Origin: Yuukianura sp. NJ FZ-2021
Taxonomy: Eukaryota
Direction: 5' to 3'
Length of the DNA: 64,000 bases
NCBI GenBank assembly: GCA_046563655.1
Contig: CM102288.1
Span: 2,542,001-2,606,000 of the forward strand
Shown: positions 57,930 through 64,000 of the stretch, in pieces
Position numbering within the stretch: position 1 is the stretch's first letter
Layout of the letters: the number at the start of each line of letters is the position of its first letter
Program-made: the position numbers and the translations under genes
The notes under the pieces: generated by a model
Seen by the model: the letters and a program-made list of their open reading frames with translations, nothing else
The model's database searches: none
Told to the model about the DNA's origin: nothing

Positions 57930-58622
57930 GGTTAGATTGTCGTTGTTGGGGCCATGAAACTTTTTTCTAAGTTTTTTGGTCAAAAATTTCGAAAAAATTT
58001 TTTTTCGTTTTTTTCACTTTTTATCACGTTTCAAACGTTTTTGGAACGTTTCGAGCAAAAAAAAATTTTTTGACCCCAAGGGTCCCCCCTTCCCATTTTT
58101 TTGAGAATCGGGACTCGAAAATTTTCAAAGTACAAAAACTGAAGTGGTGACCCCTGACAATCTCAAAAATGACCCTTATGAAAGTTGTTCAGAATCATGA
58201 GGGGAGTATTTTTTGTCCTATGGACTATGACCCTACGATCACACCCTGAGGTCAGAGGTCAACCCAAAGAAAAATTGGGGAAATGTTCGGATTGACCTCT
58301 GACCTCAGGGAGTGGTTGTAGCGTCATAGTCCATAGGACAAAAAATACTCCCCTCATGATTCTGAACAACTTTCATAAGGGTCATTTTTGAGATTGTCAG
58401 GGGTCACCACTTCAGTTTTTGTACTTTGAAAATTTTCGAGTCCCGATTCTCAAAAAAATGGGAAGGGGGGACCCTAGGGGTCACAAAAATTTTTTTGGTC
58501 GAAACGTTCCAAAAACGTTTGAAACGTGATAAAAAGTGAAAAAAACGAAAAAAAATTTTTCGAAATTTTTGACCAAAAAACTTAGAAAAAAGTTTCATGG
58601 CCCCAACAACGACAATCTAACC
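57930..58622. mobile_element. Foldback-like MITE: ~332-bp TIRs, 29-bp spacer, 8-bp TSD CAGTGATC
   Basis: CAGTGATC (57922-57929)|GGTTAGATTGTCGTTGTTGGGGCC...GGCCCCAACAACGACAATCTAACC|CAGTGATC (58623-58630); arms 57930-58262 and 58292-58622 are near-perfect reverse complements. Confidence 0.95.
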
Positions 58623-61595
58623 CAGTGATCCAAGCAGTTGGATTGCAGATTATTCAATTTAATTAACAAGATTCAATCAATTCATCAAAGGGATACTTGT
58701 AACTACTTGTCAAGGTAAGTAATTTAGTATTATTTTATACTTGTCCTTTACACATCTGTCAGGAATTTCATCAGCGTTAAGTACTCTGTAAGTACTTTGA
58801 CTAATCCGTGCTAATCCTCATCACGAACCATTATCATTTCGTGTTTAGCTAATTGAATTGATTCAAGGAAAAGCCCTGGAGTCTCTTCTGGCTATTCTTG
58901 TCCAAGTTAATCATTCCATGCTCCACTATGAATATGGGATGACAGTATCCGTTTATTTTAGTAGCTTCAATTTCCGGCTGAATAGGATGAATAGTAATAC
59001 TGGAAATTGCATTGAGAAATACGAATTCAATTGCCATTTTACTAACTAGTGATATACTCGGTCACACCGACATCTGTCCTGGTTAGTCTTATCTCTTGCC
59101 AATTCCATTGTAAAGTGGAAGTGTCAACAGATACATTGTACTACTTCACTTGTAATTTAATTTCAGCTTGGCAAGTTTAGTTAGATCGACATCATCAAGT
59201 TATTTATTAGTAGGCAGGGCGGGCCACCCAGCCGTATTTATGTTTTTGCAAGTTTGCGAAGTTTGACAATTTCGGGAAATACCGGTTTGATACAGGCAGT
59301 AAAACATACACACGTTTTTTGCTGAGGAAGAACATCATTTTGACAGATTCCGGAAGTTGTAAGTAGAGTAATATAAAAAGAATTAAGTTTTGGTTTAAAG
59401 TTAGGCAGGGGGTAAAAGCAAATGGGAATAACAGATTTAGCAGACAGAAAGATCCAAAGTAGGTTAGTTACTCTCCTCATCTTCCTATTTTTATCCCTAA
59501 CTATACTTTGGACTGTACAAGTACTAAAGTGTATACCGGGTTTTTGTTCTTTTCTGCCTCAGTAGCGAGTAACAAAGTTTTTGCAGTTATTCATGTTGTT
59601 GAAAAGCCACAGATTTAGGCAAATTCCGCCCTGTCAAGTGCAGTGTGCTAAAAGTTTGGGAAAGAAGTCCACGTCTGGCGTCTTCTTGCAAAGTCCATTT
59701 GAAACTCATCTTAACTCTTAAGCAGGAAATTGGGTAGTTTTAACATGGAACAAACGAAGGAAGTTTAAAAGTGTTAAGACTCAAGACTGGTAAATTCAGT
59801 AAGTAAGTTACAACTTAACATTCAATTGAAGTAGCTTTGTAGCTTCTTCCTCTTCAACACCATTTTACTTTTCTTTGTTTTCTCGCATGTTTAAACGTCA
59901 ATTCGTACCAGTTTCAGTGTCCAACTCGATGTGAAGGTGTGGCAAGCAAAACCTGAAAAAATTTTGCTCGTAGCGTTAAGAATCGGTTTCAATTGTAAAT
60001 TGTTTAGTTTGTTTTGTTGAGATTTTGAACTTGTGAATCTGCCATAAGATTCATTCTACTGCTTAACTCAGTGTTTATGGATTTTATGATCATAGGATCC
60101 TGTCAATGTCACTTTTTGGCGTTAAAAGTAAAATTTCAACGGTCTCATTTTTCTTTTGTGACGTTTTGAAAACAGAAAAAGTGGTTTTCGCTTGAAGCTT
60201 GGTTGTTTTACATGTAGTTTTTGAATTTGTTTTGACTCGGAGTGACAAGGCAAGTGAAGAGGAAGAGGAAATGAAGAGGAAAGTGGAGGGGGTACTTAGA
60301 ACAGACTGGATTCTAGACGTCAGTGAGTAGAGTTTGGTAATGGATTCTTCAGAGGTCAAAAATCAATATACAGGTCATTATTACATTGTAGTAGGTTGGT
60401 AGTGAGGTATATGCTGATGCTGGAGGAGTTTTCAAGGCTGAACGAGGATGTCGGAATTCGGATTTTTAGACACGCCACACGGCAGATTCCAAATGTGTCA
60501 TTTGAAAACGAATTCTAAAGATCTGGTCACAGTTCCATCTTCTAGTCTATTCAAAAGAATTCTACGAAAAATTCCAATCCTATTCGGTTTTCAATTGATT
60601 TTGTTCATTTGAAAGGATTTTTGAACAGGAATCTCTCCTGAGTTTCAAACTGGTTGAGTGACATAGGAATTTCTTCCTGGAAGACGGCTTACTTTTTTTC
60701 AAATTTCGGTTAGATTTAAAAAAAGTTCATGTTTTTTAGAGGATACAAAGCGGAAAAGAAAGTTGAGCTGGAGGATTTGACTTAAATTCAATTTCTGAGC
60801 GACTCTTTCATCTTCGTCAGTTCCTCTCGTTTTCAAATTAAAGGAGAAAGTGGATATTGGAAAAAGTGACAAAATGAGTTAAAGAATCGGACGTGGATTT
60901 GATTTAAGGCTCCACAGGATTCTGGAAGTTATTGAAAAGGAATGCTTGTCAACGACTATAGATTTTTCCGGGAGATTTTGAAAATAGAAAAATTGAACAA
61001 GGAGGAAAAATGGCTGGGGAGAAGTTGAACTGGTTTTAAGTGGGGGCCATATTTGAAGGCAGGATTCATTAATCATTCGGAGAGATGAAGAAAAAGCACG
61101 AGATCTTCAGAAGTTGAACTTTTAATCTTATTTTGCTTTAAAGAAGGCTCCATATCTTCATCTTTTCAAGTTAGGTTAGGTTTTTGGTTAAGACTTCAGA
61201 GACTTCTGGGAGCCCTTGAACGCGACCTTGACTCTGCTCCCCACATTCCCATGAGCACTTTAAATAATACATGTAAAATGGAAGAAGATGGAGAATATAA
61301 ATGTAATTAGTTGGGAATTGTACAAGAGAAAGCATAATTAATTTTAGATTAAAATGAATCTTTGGCCTAGGTTGTAGCACTCTCTTGAGTTTTCCTGTCG
61401 TCTCATGCTAAATTCTACTTTTGAACTTACCAAATGATGAAGATGATTAATTTAATTTTGTCATCTCTTTTGTTTCAACTTAATTTCAGACGTACGCAGC
61501 AACTCTTGGGAGTTGGACTTGAACGGAAGTTATGAGGACCTAGCGGGAACTCTATTTTTGGGAGAAAATTTTCAAAATTTTGAAAGTTGAAGAAA

Positions 61596-62636
61596 ATGGA
61601 ACAAGAAATGGAGGCAAAAGAACTGAACGTGTTGTATGACTATGACTATGATTACAAGGAGAGGAAGATCTCAATTAAAAGAGATGAAAAACTGAAATTA
61701 CTGCAGAAAACTAACCAACATTGGTAAGTTGGAAATCAAATGTACAATTTTTTGTAAAATTTTGGAAGTTATAAAAAGTTAGTTGCTTTAAGGCGTTTCA
61801 GTATGACTCAGTTTTGAGCTACCGACGCTAGTAATTATTTTTAATGTTTTATATTTTTCTCAAGGTGGAAGGTCATCCGTCCAGGAGTGAACAAAGCCTT
61901 CTTTGTACCTGCAACGTATGTAGAAGTAATCAACAAAAATAATTCAAGTTCTGAGGCTAAGAAAATTGATGAGAATGGGAAACTGGAAGAAGTCAATAGT
62001 TCACCTTCTCCAGAAACTAATGGCAAGGGAAATGGTACACAAAAGCAGACCTTGGGAACTCCAGTATCTACGTCAACCTACAATTCTGTGAGAATGAAAC
62101 GTGGAGACTCGACGCGTGCAAGTAAAAAAGCAACAAGAATTAAGAACTGGTCAGCAAGTCTAGAGGAACTGTCTAAACAAATCAAATTCCCTGGAATAAA
62201 TAACGACTGTGCCGAGTCTGTGATGAACTTGAGTTGTTGTGCTACCATCAACACACCAAGTACAGAATCCACTATGCCACCACCACCAAATCTCACCCCA
62301 TCCCCCAGTGGGAAAGCTGAGGTCACGACCTTGAAAAGCTCCTCGGGAGGAAAACCAGGCAAACCAGTGCCGTTGCCAAGGAAAAGCGTGAGTGAAAGTG
62401 GATCGGATCTTGTGACCCCGTCAACCCCTAAACCTGTTCCGAAAGTACGAGCAACTAAATGGGGAACGTCGTCGGATGGCGGGAGTTTGGGGGATGGCAA
62501 TAAATCTACGAGTGGCGGTTCGAGTGATGTGCTTACGGCAACATCAAGTGAAGAAATGCTTCTGGGTCATGACCCAGGCGAAGACGACGATCGTGACACT
62601 TTAGTATCCCCTGGAGACCATGGCTACACTAGAAAG
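61596..62636 (+). CDS. 5' part of an ARHGAP12/ARHGAP27-like RhoGAP (N-terminal SH3; exons 61596-61723, 61865-62636; continues beyond the window)
   Basis: Spliced SH3 LNVLYDYDYDYKERKISIKRDEKLKLLQKTNQHWWKVIRPGVNKAFFVPATYVEVI resembles the ARHGAP9/12/27 SH3 pattern (YDYEY...KTNxxWW...FYVPAxYV), followed by a Pro/Ser-rich linker and a donor AAG|GTAACG. The GAP domain is not in the window. Confidence 0.72.
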
Positions 62637-63186
62637 GTAACGAACGAAATGCTGGAAGCGCTGTTTGCGCTGATTTTGGTGGGGAACGTGGTTGACTGTC
62701 TGCTTTTTCCCTCACTTCATAAAGATAAAAGAGAGGAAATCATAGGACATAAAATGGACTTTTCTTGATTTTTATGGTGAATCGACACAGGGAATCTCCG
62801 TCTTTCTTTCATTTCTTGCTGCTACCAAGGCAGAAACGACTGGAGGAGATGAAAGAGCGGAGAAATGAAAAGGAGATCAAAATTGTTTCTATTTTAGTAC
62901 AGTTGGAAAGTGGAAACCTAGTTTTTTGGGAAACTTTTTTTTACTATGGGTTTTCTTCGTCCTTTTTTACACGGAAATTTCGGGGTTTTGTGGTGTGTTA
63001 AAATGAAAGACTTTCTTTAGTCATGAAGCTTTTTCTCTTTCCCTCTCTGTCGGTGGTGTCCTCTAGGGACGCTTGTGTGATTAGATTAACGTTTGTTTTT
63101 GTAAAAAGAAAAAGTTAGGAATGGTACGGGCCAAAAAATTGGGCATTTTTTTTTAAAGGAAGTGTGGCATTTTGAACGAAAACCGC

Positions 63187-63315
63187 TTTTTTGGCGGAAT
63201 TTTCTTCACATCTTGTTCATCCATCTTTTTTTTTTTTGGCTGAATTTTCTTCACCTTGTTCATCCATCTTTTTTTGGCGGAATTTTCTTCATCTTCAACT
63301 TTTTTTTTTGGCTGA
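63187..63315. repeat. Minisatellite, ~35-40-bp unit x ~3.5
   Basis: Repeats of TTTTGGC(G/T)GAATTTTCTTCA..TTGTTCATCCATC(T)n. Confidence 0.8.
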
Positions 63316-64000
63316 AGCAACTCATTTTCATTTTTATGAATTTGAGGTGTGTGGAGAAACTTATCAGGAATTGATCATTTTAGGGTTTGTCAAAGAAAGT
63401 TGTTAACGCAGGGAAAAAGTGATGAGATATTCAACAAAATTCTGGCAAGGAAAAAGCGTATGAGATAAAAAAAAGTTTTTAAAGTAGTTTTTCAAGTTTC
63501 ACATGGTGAGAAATGAGCATTTTCCTGAAGAGAAATTCAATTTTTATCAATTTTGGAAATTTTGTTTTGATAAAACTGCTGGTGGTGCTGAGAGCATTAC
63601 TTTGATGTGTGAAAAATGTTGTTGAAAAGTTTAAGCGTTGTTACTTTGAATTTGTGGATGGATTTGGTGGGAGATGAAAAGAGAAATTGAAATTTCAAGA
63701 GAAAGTGGAGAAAGGTTTTAAAATATTGCGTAGGTTTTAATTCTGAAATGGAGAAAAGTAAGTTTTTGATTTTTTTTTGTTTCTTAGGCTTTTAGAACAG
63801 ATTGTTTTAGTTTTTAGAAAAGAGAAAGTGTAAAAGAATCTTTGCTTTGTGCTGAAGTTGAATCGATTTGAACTAATTGGGGACACTGTTTGGTGTTTTG
63901 TTTCTTTTGTCCTGTAACTTTGTTATACTTGAAAAGTTGTTGTTCTGCGGGGCTTAAATTCCTATTCTTGAAGGTTTCTAGTAGTACTACTTTTCCTTTC

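Noticed and set aside
62637..62768. C-terminal hydrophobic extension of the 293-aa ORF as a TM segment
   Set aside because: It lies after a good donor (AAG|GTAACG), so it is most likely intron read-through.

Overview
AT-rich, intron-dense eukaryotic genomic DNA from an arthropod-like animal (a hexapod such as a springtail is my guess from gene content and intron style; taxonomy is inference). By manually splicing GT/GC-AG introns I reconstruct seven protein-coding genes: ABCF2 (-), a secreted alkaline phosphatase (+), two tandem two-TM guanylyl cyclases with a NIT-like extracellular domain and no kinase-homology domain (+), the TRIM-NHL gene abba/thin (-), a 5-HT1-type serotonin receptor (-), and the 5' part of an ARHGAP12/27-like SH3 gene (+, runs off the window). 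The most notable observations are: (1) the NIT-GC pair with an apparently altered ligand motif and very different intron positions; (2) a ~205-nt box C/D RNA candidate with a long UUCG-capped hairpin and U2 complementarity inside ABCF2 intron 4; (3) four GC-AG introns, 7/10/16-nt microexons in catalytic motifs and purine-rich acceptors; (4) a 693-bp near-perfect palindromic MITE with an 8-bp TSD; (5) strong enrichment of a nuclear-receptor DR1 12-mer. No prokaryotic, CRISPR, rRNA or intact tRNA features were seen.
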